IMG/VR virus record: IMGVR_UViG_3300031998_000029
Coordinates: 15,666 to 79,665 of that record
DNA length: 64,000 nt
Strand: one strand, 5' to 3'
Source: a virus
Lineage: Duplodnaviria; Heunggongvirae; Uroviricota; Caudoviricetes
Shown: one piece after another, positions 34,901 through 44,789 of the stretch
How the letters are laid out: each line of letters opens with the position of its first letter
How positions within the stretch are numbered: the stretch's first letter is position 1
Program-made: the position numbers and the translations under genes
The notes under the pieces: generated by a model
The model's input: the letters and a program-made list of their open reading frames with translations, nothing else
Database searches by the model: none
Told to the model about the DNA's origin: nothing

Positions 34901-37900
34901 ATGTACCACTGTCACACGGAATATAGTCTGCTTGATAGCTGCGCCAAATATACTGAATACTTAGACTTGGCAAAACGAGACGGCTCAAAAGCCATATCAT
35001 TCAGCGAACATGGAAAACCGATGAATTGGACGGAGAAGTGGGCGGCATGCAAAAAAGTCGGCATGCGATATATACACTCGGTAGAAATCTATCTTACCGA
35101 GTCTCTTGAGGAAAAAGTCCGCGATAATTACCACACGGTATTGATGGCTAGAAATATGGACGGCGTACAAGAACTCAACTCTTTGGTGAGCAAATCCTGT
35201 GACGAAGATCATTTCTATTATACAAACAGAATAAGCTTCGACGAGTTTTTGGGGATGTCCGAAAACATTATATCGACTAGCGCTTGTCTGGCGTCGCCGT
35301 TGAATAAGCTCCCCGACGACCATCCGAGGTATATGGAACTCGCTCGAAAGTATGACTTTCTCGAAGTCCAAGCTCATAATCATCCTGAGCAGATCGAATT
35401 TAACAAGCGTCTCGCAAAACTTTCAAAACAAATCGGGAAACCGTTGATTGCGGGAACAGATACGCATAGCCCGAGCAAATATAAAGCCGAGTGCAGATCA
35501 GCTCTACTTTCTGCAAAACACAAATCATACGGCGATGAAGATGCTTTCGACCTTACATATAAAACATACGATGAGCTTGCGGAAATGTTCCGCAGACAAG
35601 GGGCTTTGTCAGAAGAGGATTATGTAACAGCTATCGAAAACACCAACCTCCTTTACGACATGACAGAAGATATCGAGTTAGATACTTCTATAAAATACCC
35701 GATACTCTATGGCTCTAGAGAAGCCGATTCACAGAAGTTTACTGAGACAGTCGAACGACTGTTTAAAGAAAAGCTTGACAAGGGTATTATTCCAAAAAGT
35801 CAGGAGCAAGCTTTCCGAGTTGCCATTGACGAAGAGATGCGGGTTTTTCAAAAGCTGCATATGGACGGGTTCATGCTCTCGATGAGCGAAATAATCAGAT
35901 GGTGTAAAGAGCAAGGAATGGCGATAGGAACCGCAAGAGGTTCTGTAGGCGGTTCAAGAGTCGCTTATGTGACCGATATCATAGATTTGAATCCCGAAAC
36001 ATGGCACACAGTATTCTCGCGCTTCGCAAATGAATACCGAGAAGAAATCGGTGATATTGATATTGACTGCGTTGAATCTGATAGACCGGCAATTTTCAAA
36101 TATATTACCGGACGATTCGGTACGGATAAGACAGCGCGTGTTGCATCGTTCGGCACAATGCAGGCAAAGGGAGTTATCGATGATGTTGGGAGACATCTTG
36201 CGATCAAATGGAAAGAGTCACATCCGAACAATGAGGATAACCCGTGGTCTTTGCCGAACATTGCAAAAATAAAAACCGAGTTTGATTCAGATCCGGAAAA
36301 GACCAAGCAAAAGTATCCGGAACTCTTCTATTATTTCGACGGTTTGTTCGACACAAAAATATCTCAGTCAGTGCATCCGGCGGGAATGGTAATTAGTCCG
36401 ATCACACTTGCCGACAATTTTGGGGTGTTTGATAAGGATAATGAAAACTGTCTGATGCTTGATATGGAAAACATTCACGACTTTACCGGTCTTGCCAAGT
36501 ATGATTTTCTTATTTTGAAAACAGTTCAGGTAATACGTGATACTTGTCGTTATCTTAATGCCCCATATCCACAAACCCACGAAATAAACTGGGATGATGA
36601 AAATGTGTGGAAAGACATGGTAAGAAGCCCTTCGGGTATATTCCAGTTCGAAGGCAGTTTTGCATTCGACAGTTTGAAAAAGTTTAAACCCAAAAGTATT
36701 TTTGATATGTCAATAGTTACCGCCTGTATACGTCCGTCAGGATCGTCGTATAGAGAACAGCTCCTTGCAAGAGTTCCACATAAAAACCCATCAGAACTCA
36801 TTGATAAACTACTTTCGGACAACCTTGGATATCTAATATATCAGGAAGACACCATCAAGTTTTTACAGGAGATATGTGGGCTTTCAGGAAGCGAAAGCGA
36901 TAACATACGCAGAGCAATCGGGCGAAAACAAAAGGAAAGGCTCGACGCGGCTCTCCCATCAATACTCGAGGGTTATTGCAGAAAGTCGCCGCAGCCACGA
37001 GAGACTGCCGAAAGCGAAGCAAAAGAGTTTCTTCAGATAATCGAAGACAGCGCCAGCTATCAATTTGGTTATAACCATAGCGTTGCGTATTGTCTTCTCG
37101 GATATCTTTGTGCCTATTACCGCTATCATCATCCGATAGAATTTATAACGTCATTTTTGAACAACGCGGCGAACGAAGACGATATCAGAAACGGAACTGA
37201 ATACGCAAGTCGGGTAGGCATCAAGATCACGATGCCCAAATGGGGGCTGTCGAAAAGTGAATACTTTTTCGACAGGGACAAAAACATCATCGCAAAGGGT
37301 CTGACTTCAATAAAGTACATGAGCGACGGTATTGCGGAAGACCTGTACAATCTCGCTCATCAGAATACATACACTACATTCATGGACGTTCTCTTTGATC
37401 TTGACAAAAAGACTTCGCTTAACACAAGGCAACTTGACATTCTTATCAAGCTTGACTTCTTCTCGGAGTTTGGAAATCAGCGCGAGTTGCTTCGCATAAC
37501 GGATATGTTTTATGAAACTTTCAAAAAGGGCGAAGTAAAAAAACTCAGCAAAGAAAAGGTTGATGGCACTCCGCTTGAGCCTATAGTCAAAAAATACTCC
37601 ATCGGTGTGACAAAGTCGGGGGGCGTTGCCAAGAGCTACACGATACTCGATGTGACGTCCATCCTGCGAGAAGTTGAAAAGGCAATCAAAGATATCCACA
37701 TGGACGACCTTGGAGATGTTTTAAAGGTCAAAAACTTTGTCGATGTCATGGGGTATGCCGGATATGTTTCCGGTAAAGAAGAAGACAGAAGAAAACTGTA
37801 TGTAATGGATGTATTCCCTGTGTGCAGAAAAAGAGACGGAAAGCAGTTCGCTTATTCAATCATAACGAAGTCGATAGGCAGCGGGAAAGAAGCGAGGTTC

Positions 37901-38023
37901 ACTGTTTACAACAGGGTTTACAACACAAATCCTATAAAGGAAGGAGATATCGTGTATTGTAAGTCATACGAAAGAGACGGGTCGTATTTCAGAATGACTG
38001 AATTCGACAAAATCTATTGTTAG
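34901..38023 (+). CDS. dnaE: DNA polymerase III alpha subunit-like replicative polymerase (DnaE-type, N-terminal PHP domain)
   Basis: MYHCHTEYSLLDSCAKY PHP motif; 1040 aa; RBS aaaggagg. Confidence 0.85.
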   Translation: MYHCHTEYSLLDSCAKYTEYLDLAKRDGSKAISFSEHGKPMNWTEKWAACKKVGMRYIHSVEIYLTESLEEKVRDNYHTVLMARNMDGVQELNSLVSKSCDEDHFYYTNRISFDEFLGMSENIISTSACLASPLNKLPDDHPRYMELARKYDFLEVQAHNHPEQIEFNKRLAKLSKQIGKPLIAGTDTHSPSKYKAECRSALLSAKHKSYGDEDAFDLTYKTYDELAEMFRRQGALSEEDYVTAIENTNLLYDMTEDIELDTSIKYPILYGSREADSQKFTETVERLFKEKLDKGIIPKSQEQAFRVAIDEEMRVFQKLHMDGFMLSMSEIIRWCKEQGMAIGTARGSVGGSRVAYVTDIIDLNPETWHTVFSRFANEYREEIGDIDIDCVESDRPAIFKYITGRFGTDKTARVASFGTMQAKGVIDDVGRHLAIKWKESHPNNEDNPWSLPNIAKIKTEFDSDPEKTKQKYPELFYYFDGLFDTKISQSVHPAGMVISPITLADNFGVFDKDNENCLMLDMENIHDFTGLAKYDFLILKTVQVIRDTCRYLNAPYPQTHEINWDDENVWKDMVRSPSGIFQFEGSFAFDSLKKFKPKSIFDMSIVTACIRPSGSSYREQLLARVPHKNPSELIDKLLSDNLGYLIYQEDTIKFLQEICGLSGSESDNIRRAIGRKQKERLDAALPSILEGYCRKSPQPRETAESEAKEFLQIIEDSASYQFGYNHSVAYCLLGYLCAYYRYHHPIEFITSFLNNAANEDDIRNGTEYASRVGIKITMPKWGLSKSEYFFDRDKNIIAKGLTSIKYMSDGIAEDLYNLAHQNTYTTFMDVLFDLDKKTSLNTRQLDILIKLDFFSEFGNQRELLRITDMFYETFKKGEVKKLSKEKVDGTPLEPIVKKYSIGVTKSGGVAKSYTILDVTSILREVEKAIKDIHMDDLGDVLKVKNFVDVMGYAGYVSGKEEDRRKLYVMDVFPVCRKRDGKQFAYSIITKSIGSGKEARFTVYNRVYNTNPIKEGDIVYCKSYERDGSYFRMTEFDKIYC

Positions 38024-38032
38024 GAGGTAAAA

Positions 38033-38404
38033 ATGCCGATGGGATATTTTTACAATGATTTTATTACCAGTAGCACAAGCGGGTCTATAAGGATACCCGG
38101 GAATGGGACGCCCCCGATCCTAATCCGCCCCATGGAACCGCCTATTACCGTAACGTTGAGCAGCAGCAACGTGGATCTCTCCGACTATTATAATGAGTTG
38201 ATGAAGACATATAATGATGAACTTATTTATAATGAGTTGATGAAGAAAGATAATGATGAACTTATTCGGATATATGGCAATGCGTTTGATAACTTCTACT
38301 GCGAGAAAAGAATTTTTTCAATTAAGGAAGACGACCCAGACGAAGCAACGGAAAACGACGGTCTGGATGAGTTTCTGAGATCGTTCAAAATAATCCCGGA
38401 ATAA
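38033..38404 (+). CDS. hypothetical protein
   Basis: ORF track; RBS taggaggt. Confidence 0.5.
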   Translation: MPMGYFYNDFITSSTSGSIRIPGNGTPPILIRPMEPPITVTLSSSNVDLSDYYNELMKTYNDELIYNELMKKDNDELIRIYGNAFDNFYCEKRIFSIKEDDPDEATENDGLDEFLRSFKIIPE

Positions 38405-38427
38405 ATATTTTAATTTGAGAGGTATAT

Positions 38428-38631
38428 ATGAAGGCAGAAAACAAATGCAGTATGTGCGGTAAAACATTCGATATTTGGGATGAGCAGGAGGATTTTTCGA
38501 TAGAAAAACAGTTGGGCTACGGAACAAAGTACGACGGACACAGAGTAAGCGTACGGTTATGCTGCGAGTGTATGGAAAAAATCATAGATCAGTGCAAGAT
38601 CTCTCCTTTGGGTGAACGCATATGGGAGTAG
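38428..38631 (+). CDS. Zn-ribbon protein
   Basis: CSMCGK...CCECMEK. Confidence 0.5.
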   Translation: MKAENKCSMCGKTFDIWDEQEDFSIEKQLGYGTKYDGHRVSVRLCCECMEKIIDQCKISPLGERIWE

Positions 38632-39164
38632 AGATTCTGAAACACCCGACCGAAGACGACTGGATACTTTGTAAAAAATGCACGCTTGTAACCATATCCA
38701 AGGATTCTAACACCCCGCCGACAAGCGAATGGAAGGTTAAGCTCTTAAAAGCAAACCATTCTCCGATACGAACGCTGCAGTTCTGTTTCAGACTTACTGA
38801 TATACCTTACTGGGTCTCGGTGCATCTTGCGCGACATGTTCATGCAACACCGTTCGTATCTACGCAAAGAAACGACCGTCAAAATAAATATGACCGCGCA
38901 AACGCACCGCAGGACGCCCCTGTTACTATGTGCTGGTATATGAATGCTGAAGAGCTTATAACGGTTGCTCATAAGAGGCTGTGTATGCTTGCGGCCAAAG
39001 AAACCAGGGATATAGTCAGAGAAATATGCGACAGAGTGATAGAAACAAACCCGGAGTTTGAGAGTCTGCTCGTTCCGAACTGTGTTTATCGCGGAGGAAT
39101 CTGTGATGAATTCAATTGTTGCGGGAAGAACAGACAGTACAGAAAAAAGGAGGCGGATGATTGA
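38622..39164 (+). CDS. ThyX-like (flavin-dependent thymidylate synthase fold) protein, short/divergent
   Basis: IRTLQFCFRLTDIPYWVSVHLARHVHATPFVSTQRNDRQNKY aligns with the ThyX core [30 protein letters not shown]; third Arg of RHR is Val; 180 aa. Confidence 0.55.
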   Translation: MGVEILKHPTEDDWILCKKCTLVTISKDSNTPPTSEWKVKLLKANHSPIRTLQFCFRLTDIPYWVSVHLARHVHATPFVSTQRNDRQNKYDRANAPQDAPVTMCWYMNAEELITVAHKRLCMLAAKETRDIVREICDRVIETNPEFESLLVPNCVYRGGICDEFNCCGKNRQYRKKEADD

Positions 39165-39694
39165 GAGTTTTAGCAATATCCGGACATGCTCAGAACGGAA
39201 AAGACACCATAGCCGGTCTGCTTGCAAGTGAATTGCAAGCCAGAGGGCTAAGAGTGCTGATAGCACATTATGCGGATCTGCTGAAATACATATGCAGAAC
39301 GTTTTTCGGCTGGGACGGAAATAAAGACGAAAACGGAAGACACATCCTACAGTATGTGGGAACCGACGTTATCAGGAAACAGTCTCCTGATTTCTGGGTC
39401 GATTTTATATCTTCAATCCTAAAGTATTTCGGAGATAACTGGGATTACTGCATAATCCCAGATTCGAGATTTCCGAACGAAATAGACAAACTGAAATCTG
39501 ACGGGTTTGATGTTACTCATTTAAGGGTTGTAAGAAGCAACTTTATAAGCCCATTAACCGAGGAACAACAAATGCACCCATCTGAAACCGCGCTCGACGA
39601 TATAAAAGCGGACTTTTATATAGAGAACAACGGAAGCATAGCAGATCTTAAATCAAAGATAGAAGCATGGGTGGAGGAAAATGTTTATGAGTAA
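39161..39694 (+). CDS. deoxynucleoside monophosphate kinase (T4 gp1-like)
   Basis: P-loop ISGHAQNGKDT; LQYVGTDVIR and YCIIPDSRFPNEID...VTHLRVVR match T4 gp1 blocks. Confidence 0.75.
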   Translation: MRVLAISGHAQNGKDTIAGLLASELQARGLRVLIAHYADLLKYICRTFFGWDGNKDENGRHILQYVGTDVIRKQSPDFWVDFISSILKYFGDNWDYCIIPDSRFPNEIDKLKSDGFDVTHLRVVRSNFISPLTEEQQMHPSETALDDIKADFYIENNGSIADLKSKIEAWVEENVYE

Positions 39695-40331
39695 ACGAAG
39701 CAGACTTAAAAGGAGTAATGTTGAAATTGACCTTGAACGTCTTCTTGTGGAGAACGGATTCGTTGACGAGTATTACTATCTCGATGCTCTTAAGCAACGG
39801 AAGCTTTTTCTGGAAGAAGAAATCAGTCAAGAGACAGTTTCCGAGATAGTAAAACACATTTTAAGATTCAACAAGGAGGACGAAGCAATCCCCGTAGCGG
39901 AGAGAAAACCCATTATATTATATCTCTCTTCCAACGGCGGAGATGTCGATCCGGGTTTTGAATTAATAGACGTAATCTTACACAGCAAGACGCCGGTTTA
40001 CACAGTAAATCTCGGATACTGGTACAGCATGGGATTCCTTATCGGAATCGCAGGACACAAGAGATATGCGTCTTCCAATTCCAAATGTCTTATGCACGAC
40101 GGCTCTCAGTTTATTTACAACAGCGGGTCTAAGGTACAAGATCAGTTGGAGTTTCAGAAGAAGATCGAGGCGCGTGTAAAACGTCATGTTCTTAACTGCA
40201 GTAAATTAACCGAAGAGGAATACAACGGCAAACTCCGGGTAGAGTGGTATCTGTTCGCAGACGAAGCAAAGGAAAAAGGATTCATAGATTATATTATCGG
40301 CGAAGACTGCGAACTTGACGAAATCATTTGA
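39681..40331 (+). CDS. ClpP-like serine protease (S14 family)
   Basis: ILYLSSNGGDVDPGFELIDVI...LGYWYSMGFLIGIAG...CLMHDGS parallels the ClpP Ser/His blocks. Confidence 0.7.
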   Translation: MFMSKRSRLKRSNVEIDLERLLVENGFVDEYYYLDALKQRKLFLEEEISQETVSEIVKHILRFNKEDEAIPVAERKPIILYLSSNGGDVDPGFELIDVILHSKTPVYTVNLGYWYSMGFLIGIAGHKRYASSNSKCLMHDGSQFIYNSGSKVQDQLEFQKKIEARVKRHVLNCSKLTEEEYNGKLRVEWYLFADEAKEKGFIDYIIGEDCELDEII

Positions 40332-40339
40332 GGAGTTAT

Positions 40340-41053
40340 ATGGCTACAAAGAAGAAACAAACGACGGACTCTTCGTCTCCCGAAGCTCCGCGAGAAATAG
40401 AAAGAGATTTATTCTACGGCCTTTATTTAGACGACGAACAGCTTGCGTTTGCAAACGCGATCTGGAATCCCGATATAGATATAGTTTTCTGTAATTCATG
40501 CGCCGGTACGGGCAAAACAACAATAGCTACAGGGGTTGCAAATCTTCTCGTTCAATATAAATTCTTCGACAATATTGTTTATATCATGTCGCCTTATGGC
40601 GAGAAGAAACAAGGGTGGCTTCCCGGAACAATTACAGAGAAGTCCTCGGTATATTTTGAAGCCTTTTATCAAGCTCTCATGAACTGCGACATCAATCCGC
40701 ACACATCCGTAAATACGGAAAGCATGGTTAATCAGAAGAACGGGACGGGATTTATAACCTGTATTACCGACACATTCCTTCGCGGAACCAACCTTGACAA
40801 CGTGGTTGTCATTGTCGATGAAGCACAGAATTATACCGTTCCGCAACTCAAGAAAGTTCTTACGCGAATCGGCAAAAAAGCAAAAGTAATAGTCATAGGT
40901 CACGAACTTCAGTGCGATCTTGACGATAACAAAGTAAGCGGATTTATAAAGTATATCGAACACTTCAGAGATAAAGAACGCGCCGCAGTATGTTCGCTTT
41001 CCACCAATCACAGAGGATGGATAAGTCAGCATGCGGACGAGCTTGAGGGGTAG
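40340..41053 (+). CDS. phoH: PhoH-like ATPase
   Basis: Walker A CAGTGKTT, Walker B VIVDEAQN; ATG 40340 after ggagttat. Confidence 0.8.
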   Translation: MATKKKQTTDSSSPEAPREIERDLFYGLYLDDEQLAFANAIWNPDIDIVFCNSCAGTGKTTIATGVANLLVQYKFFDNIVYIMSPYGEKKQGWLPGTITEKSSVYFEAFYQALMNCDINPHTSVNTESMVNQKNGTGFITCITDTFLRGTNLDNVVVIVDEAQNYTVPQLKKVLTRIGKKAKVIVIGHELQCDLDDNKVSGFIKYIEHFRDKERAAVCSLSTNHRGWISQHADELEG

Positions 41054-41275
41054 GTGAGAAGTATGACGCCTATGCAAGCAATTAAGGCAAAGTGCGCCGA
41101 GTGTTCAGAGTCCGCAAGAGAGGTAAAATATTGCCCTGTAAAAGACTGCGCTCTATATCCTTTCAGACTGGGACGCAACCCAAACATAAAGCGAAGTTAT
41201 ACAGAGGAACAAAAGCAGGAAATGAGAGACAGGCTCGCCGCTGCCAGAGACGCGAAAATCGCCAAGGAACAGTAA
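41054..41275 (+). CDS. Zn-finger-containing small protein
   Basis: CAECSES...CPVKDC. Confidence 0.45.
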   Translation: MRSMTPMQAIKAKCAECSESAREVKYCPVKDCALYPFRLGRNPNIKRSYTEEQKQEMRDRLAAARDAKIAKEQ

Positions 41276-41393
41276 CAAACCATTAGCAAAAGTCTAATGG
41301 AATCTCTCATGACTTAAAAACCTTGCGTACTGATATTATCAGACAAACCTACATAAAACATAGCGAAATATCTAATGAAAAGGGGACGAAAAA

Positions 41394-41957
41394 ATGAAAG
41401 CGTTAACGGTACTTGTGGATATGGATGACGTTCTTGAAAACCTGTGCGACACCTGGCTCTCTGTGCTAAACGAGCGTCACGGGACAAGCGTTGGCGTAGA
41501 AGATATACAAGAATGGGATATAACAAAGTTTTTCCCATCACTTACAAGAAAGGAAGTTTTTCGTCCCCTTGAAGAAAAGGATACATGGATCAGGGTAAAA
41601 CCCTGTCAGGGAGCCTGTGAGTATACAAAGAAAATGATTGAAGACGGGCATAGAGTTATTGTCGTAACCGCTTCAAATCCCGGTTCGAAGGCTGTGAGTT
41701 ATAAATTTAAATATGTACTGTTTAAATACTTCCCGCATTTTTCATATAAAGATGTGGTAATCGCCACTCAAAAACAGCTTATAAAGGGCGATGTTTTAAT
41801 TGACGACAATCCTGCTAATCTGGAAAATGCGGATTACTTCGGTATACTTGTCAACAGACCACACAACCGGAACTATAAAATACAATCAGGCAGGATGAAG
41901 CGTGCGGACACATGGGATGAAATTTACCGTCTCATCTGCAAGCTCGCACAGGATTAA
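41394..41957 (+). CDS. 5'(3')-deoxyribonucleotidase (HAD superfamily)
   Basis: N-terminal VLVDMDDVLEN DxDx(V/T) motif. Confidence 0.65.
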   Translation: MKALTVLVDMDDVLENLCDTWLSVLNERHGTSVGVEDIQEWDITKFFPSLTRKEVFRPLEEKDTWIRVKPCQGACEYTKKMIEDGHRVIVVTASNPGSKAVSYKFKYVLFKYFPHFSYKDVVIATQKQLIKGDVLIDDNPANLENADYFGILVNRPHNRNYKIQSGRMKRADTWDEIYRLICKLAQD

Positions 41958-41968
41958 AGGAGTGATTT

Positions 41969-42178
41969 ATGAGAGAGATTATATTGTACTCGACGCACTG
42001 CCCCAGGTGCTGGGTGCTTGAACGCAAGCTCAACGATAAAGGAGTGTCTTATAATACAGTAGACTCTGAAGAAGAGATACTCTCGATGGGAATTGAAGAG
42101 GTTCCGGTTCTGAGCGTTGACGGTGAGCTCATGGAGTTTTCAAAGGCAGTGCAGTGGGTGAACGCTTTGGAGGAATAA
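41969..42178 (+). CDS. nrdH: NrdH-like glutaredoxin
   Basis: CPRC redox motif in a 69 aa thioredoxin-fold protein, directly upstream of nrdD. Confidence 0.7.
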   Translation: MREIILYSTHCPRCWVLERKLNDKGVSYNTVDSEEEILSMGIEEVPVLSVDGELMEFSKAVQWVNALEE

Positions 42179-44098
42179 ATGAACATCAACATAGACTTAA
42201 AGCGGAATTTCGTTAATGCATATAACGCAATGCAGAGCCAGTACGGAGAAGAAATGGCCGCGTTAAATGGATTTTCCGGCAATCAGCTTAGCTACACAGA
42301 CTTTATAGATAATTTTATTGACTCGGACACAGTGGCGGATGCATCTGTGGACGGCAATGCAAATGTTGGGCAAAAGGATATAGTTACTCTCGTGAATGAA
42401 ATGCCTAAGCCCCACCAAAAGCTTCTTGCTTTTAATAAAGTTTTCTACGAAATAAATAAAAAATATGGATTCAAGGCCGCAAACGACTGGCTCAAGAACG
42501 AATGGGACGGTCATTTATACATGCATGACGCCAATACATGCACATTCGTTTCGTATTGCTTTGCTTATGATCTGAAAGATCTGGCAGAAAAAGGTCTGTT
42601 CTTTATTGAAAACTTTAACTACGAACCGCCGAAACACCTTACAACATTCATAGACTTCGTCAAAGAGTATGTATCGTACTGTTCCAACAGAACAAGCGGT
42701 GCGGTAGGTCTGCCAAACATAATTCCTTACATGTATTATTTCTGGAGCAGAGACGTCAAAAGAGGATATTTTACTGAGACGCCAGAGAAATATGCAAAGC
42801 AGAACATTCAACGAGTGTTATATGCTCTTAACCAGCCGTATACAAGGAACGGCATTCAAAGCGCTTTTACGAATTTTTCGATATTTGATCATCCTTATCT
42901 TGAGGCTTTATTCGGAGGTTCTGTGTTCCCAGACGGAACATACATGATAGACGAAATAGAGGGCATAATGAGTTTCCAAAAAATGTACCTGGAAACGATG
43001 TCTGAAATTCGTGCGAAGAATATGATGACCTTCCCTGTCAATTCCATTTCGTTACTGAGACAGAACGGTAAGTTTGTAGACGAGGAGTTTGCCAGATATG
43101 CGTGCGAGCATAATCGCAAGTGGAACGACAGCAACTTATTTATAGACTCTTCAGTAACAAGCCTGTCCAACTGCTGCCGTTTGAAATCAAATATTGAAGA
43201 CCTCGGATATTTTAATTCCATTGGAGGTACAGCACTTAAGGTAGGATCGGTAAAAGTAAGCACCGTTAATCTTGCAAGACTCGCTCTTGAAAACAGAACA
43301 GAGACAGAGTATATAGATGCGCTTAAGAAGATCGTGTGGTTAGATATGCAGGCTCTTGACTGCGTAAGAAGTATTATCCATCGCAATGTCGATAAGGGCT
43401 TACTTAAAAACTTCTCTCTCGGGTTAATAGACTTTGAACATCTTTATAATACAATAGGATTCATTGGCATATACGAGACAATGAAGACGTTCGGATATAC
43501 TCGTGTAGACGAACTTGGCAACACTTATTATACGGAAGACGCAGAAAGATTCGGCAAGATGATATTTGATACATTACACGAGGTAAAGGCCGAGTTTGCA
43601 AGAGATAAAGACTATCAAATTAATTGCGAACAGATACCCGGTGAAACCGCAGCCGCAAAATTAATGAAAAAGGATATGTTCTTTTATCCGAACTCAGTAG
43701 TTAGAGATCTGCCGTTATATGGAAATCAGTTCATACCCCTTGGCATCAAAACTACCTTACAGGAGAGAATACGTATTGCTGCAATGTTTGACAGATTTTG
43801 TAATGGAGGCAGTATACTTCATGCAAATATTGAAGCTCCTTTCAGTACACCTGAGCAGGCGTGGGACATGCTTAACTATATCGCCGATCAGGGCGTTACA
43901 TATTTTGCATTCAATACTAAGATTCAGGCGTGTAAGCACAATCACGCATTCTTCGGAAAGGTTTGTCCAGAGTGCGGAGAACCCGTGCATACTGAATATA
44001 CGAGAATAGTTGGCTTCTATACCCCCATCAAAACTTATTCAAAAGAAAGAAAGGCAGAATACTTAATGCGAGAGTGGGAGAACTTAAATGCTGATTAA
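42179..44098 (+). CDS. nrdD: anaerobic ribonucleoside-triphosphate reductase (class III)
   Basis: 639 aa; C-terminal Cys cluster CKHNH...CPECGEP and glycyl-radical-like TRIVGFYTP. Confidence 0.85.
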   Translation: MNINIDLKRNFVNAYNAMQSQYGEEMAALNGFSGNQLSYTDFIDNFIDSDTVADASVDGNANVGQKDIVTLVNEMPKPHQKLLAFNKVFYEINKKYGFKAANDWLKNEWDGHLYMHDANTCTFVSYCFAYDLKDLAEKGLFFIENFNYEPPKHLTTFIDFVKEYVSYCSNRTSGAVGLPNIIPYMYYFWSRDVKRGYFTETPEKYAKQNIQRVLYALNQPYTRNGIQSAFTNFSIFDHPYLEALFGGSVFPDGTYMIDEIEGIMSFQKMYLETMSEIRAKNMMTFPVNSISLLRQNGKFVDEEFARYACEHNRKWNDSNLFIDSSVTSLSNCCRLKSNIEDLGYFNSIGGTALKVGSVKVSTVNLARLALENRTETEYIDALKKIVWLDMQALDCVRSIIHRNVDKGLLKNFSLGLIDFEHLYNTIGFIGIYETMKTFGYTRVDELGNTYYTEDAERFGKMIFDTLHEVKAEFARDKDYQINCEQIPGETAAAKLMKKDMFFYPNSVVRDLPLYGNQFIPLGIKTTLQERIRIAAMFDRFCNGGSILHANIEAPFSTPEQAWDMLNYIADQGVTYFAFNTKIQACKHNHAFFGKVCPECGEPVHTEYTRIVGFYTPIKTYSKERKAEYLMREWENLNAD

Positions 44099-44564
44099 AG
44101 GAATCATAGACGAAGACTTTGTAAATTATAGAATACCATCAATGTTCATCAATACTGCCTTCTGTGATTTTAAATGCGAAAAAGAAAGCGGGGTTCGCTG
44201 TTGCCAAAACAGCGACCTCGCTCACCAAAAATGTATTAATCTTGATACAGACGCAATCATTCAGAGATATTTAGATAATCACATAACGAGAGCGATCTGC
44301 TTCGGAGGACTCGAACCTTTCGAGCAGTACGATGAACTGCTTGAGTTTGTAGCTAAATTCAGGAATGGGTATGATTGCAACGATCCGATTGTAATATACA
44401 CCGGCTACAATAAAACCGAGATTTCATTTCAGGTAGAGATGCTCAGATTATACGGCAACATCATCATAAAGTTCGGACGCTTTATTCCGAATCAGGAGTC
44501 GCACTACGACGAAGTGCTCGGCGTTAATCTCGCCTCCCTAAATCAATACGCAGAAAAACTGTAA
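44088..44564 (+). CDS. nrdG: anaerobic RNR activating protein-like (radical SAM, atypical Cys spacing)
   Basis: 158 aa directly after nrdD; FCDFKCEKESGVRCC cluster rather than canonical CxxxCxxC. Confidence 0.5.
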   Translation: MLIKGIIDEDFVNYRIPSMFINTAFCDFKCEKESGVRCCQNSDLAHQKCINLDTDAIIQRYLDNHITRAICFGGLEPFEQYDELLEFVAKFRNGYDCNDPIVIYTGYNKTEISFQVEMLRLYGNIIIKFGRFIPNQESHYDEVLGVNLASLNQYAEKL

Positions 44565-44578
44565 TCTAGGAGTAAAAA

Positions 44579-44776
44579 ATGCATATCAAAGTTAATCCAG
44601 ATGAAGAGTATGTCCGCGAGGTCAGAAAGAAATTAAAGGATAATAGCGGATATTGCCCCTGTAAGCTCAAGAAAACACCCGAAACAAAATGTATATGTAA
44701 AGAGTTTACCGACATGTGTGAACGCGGAGAAAGCGGCATGTGCGGCTGCGGTTTATACATAGCAACAAAGGAATGA
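44579..44776 (+). CDS. ferredoxin:thioredoxin-reductase catalytic-subunit-like Cys protein (CPC..CIC..C..CGC)
   Basis: CPCKLKKTPETKCICKEFTDMCERGESGMCGCG resembles the FTR-C CPC-Xn-CPC-Xn-CHC Fe-S/disulfide motif. Confidence 0.4.
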   Translation: MHIKVNPDEEYVREVRKKLKDNSGYCPCKLKKTPETKCICKEFTDMCERGESGMCGCGLYIATKE

Positions 44777-44789
44777 ACGGAGGGTTATA

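Noticed and set aside
44088-44564. QueE (7-carboxy-7-deazaguanine synthase) instead of NrdG
   Set aside because: No other queuosine/deazaguanine genes (queC, queD, folE, dpdA) in the window, and the gene immediately follows nrdD with a 4-codon overlap.
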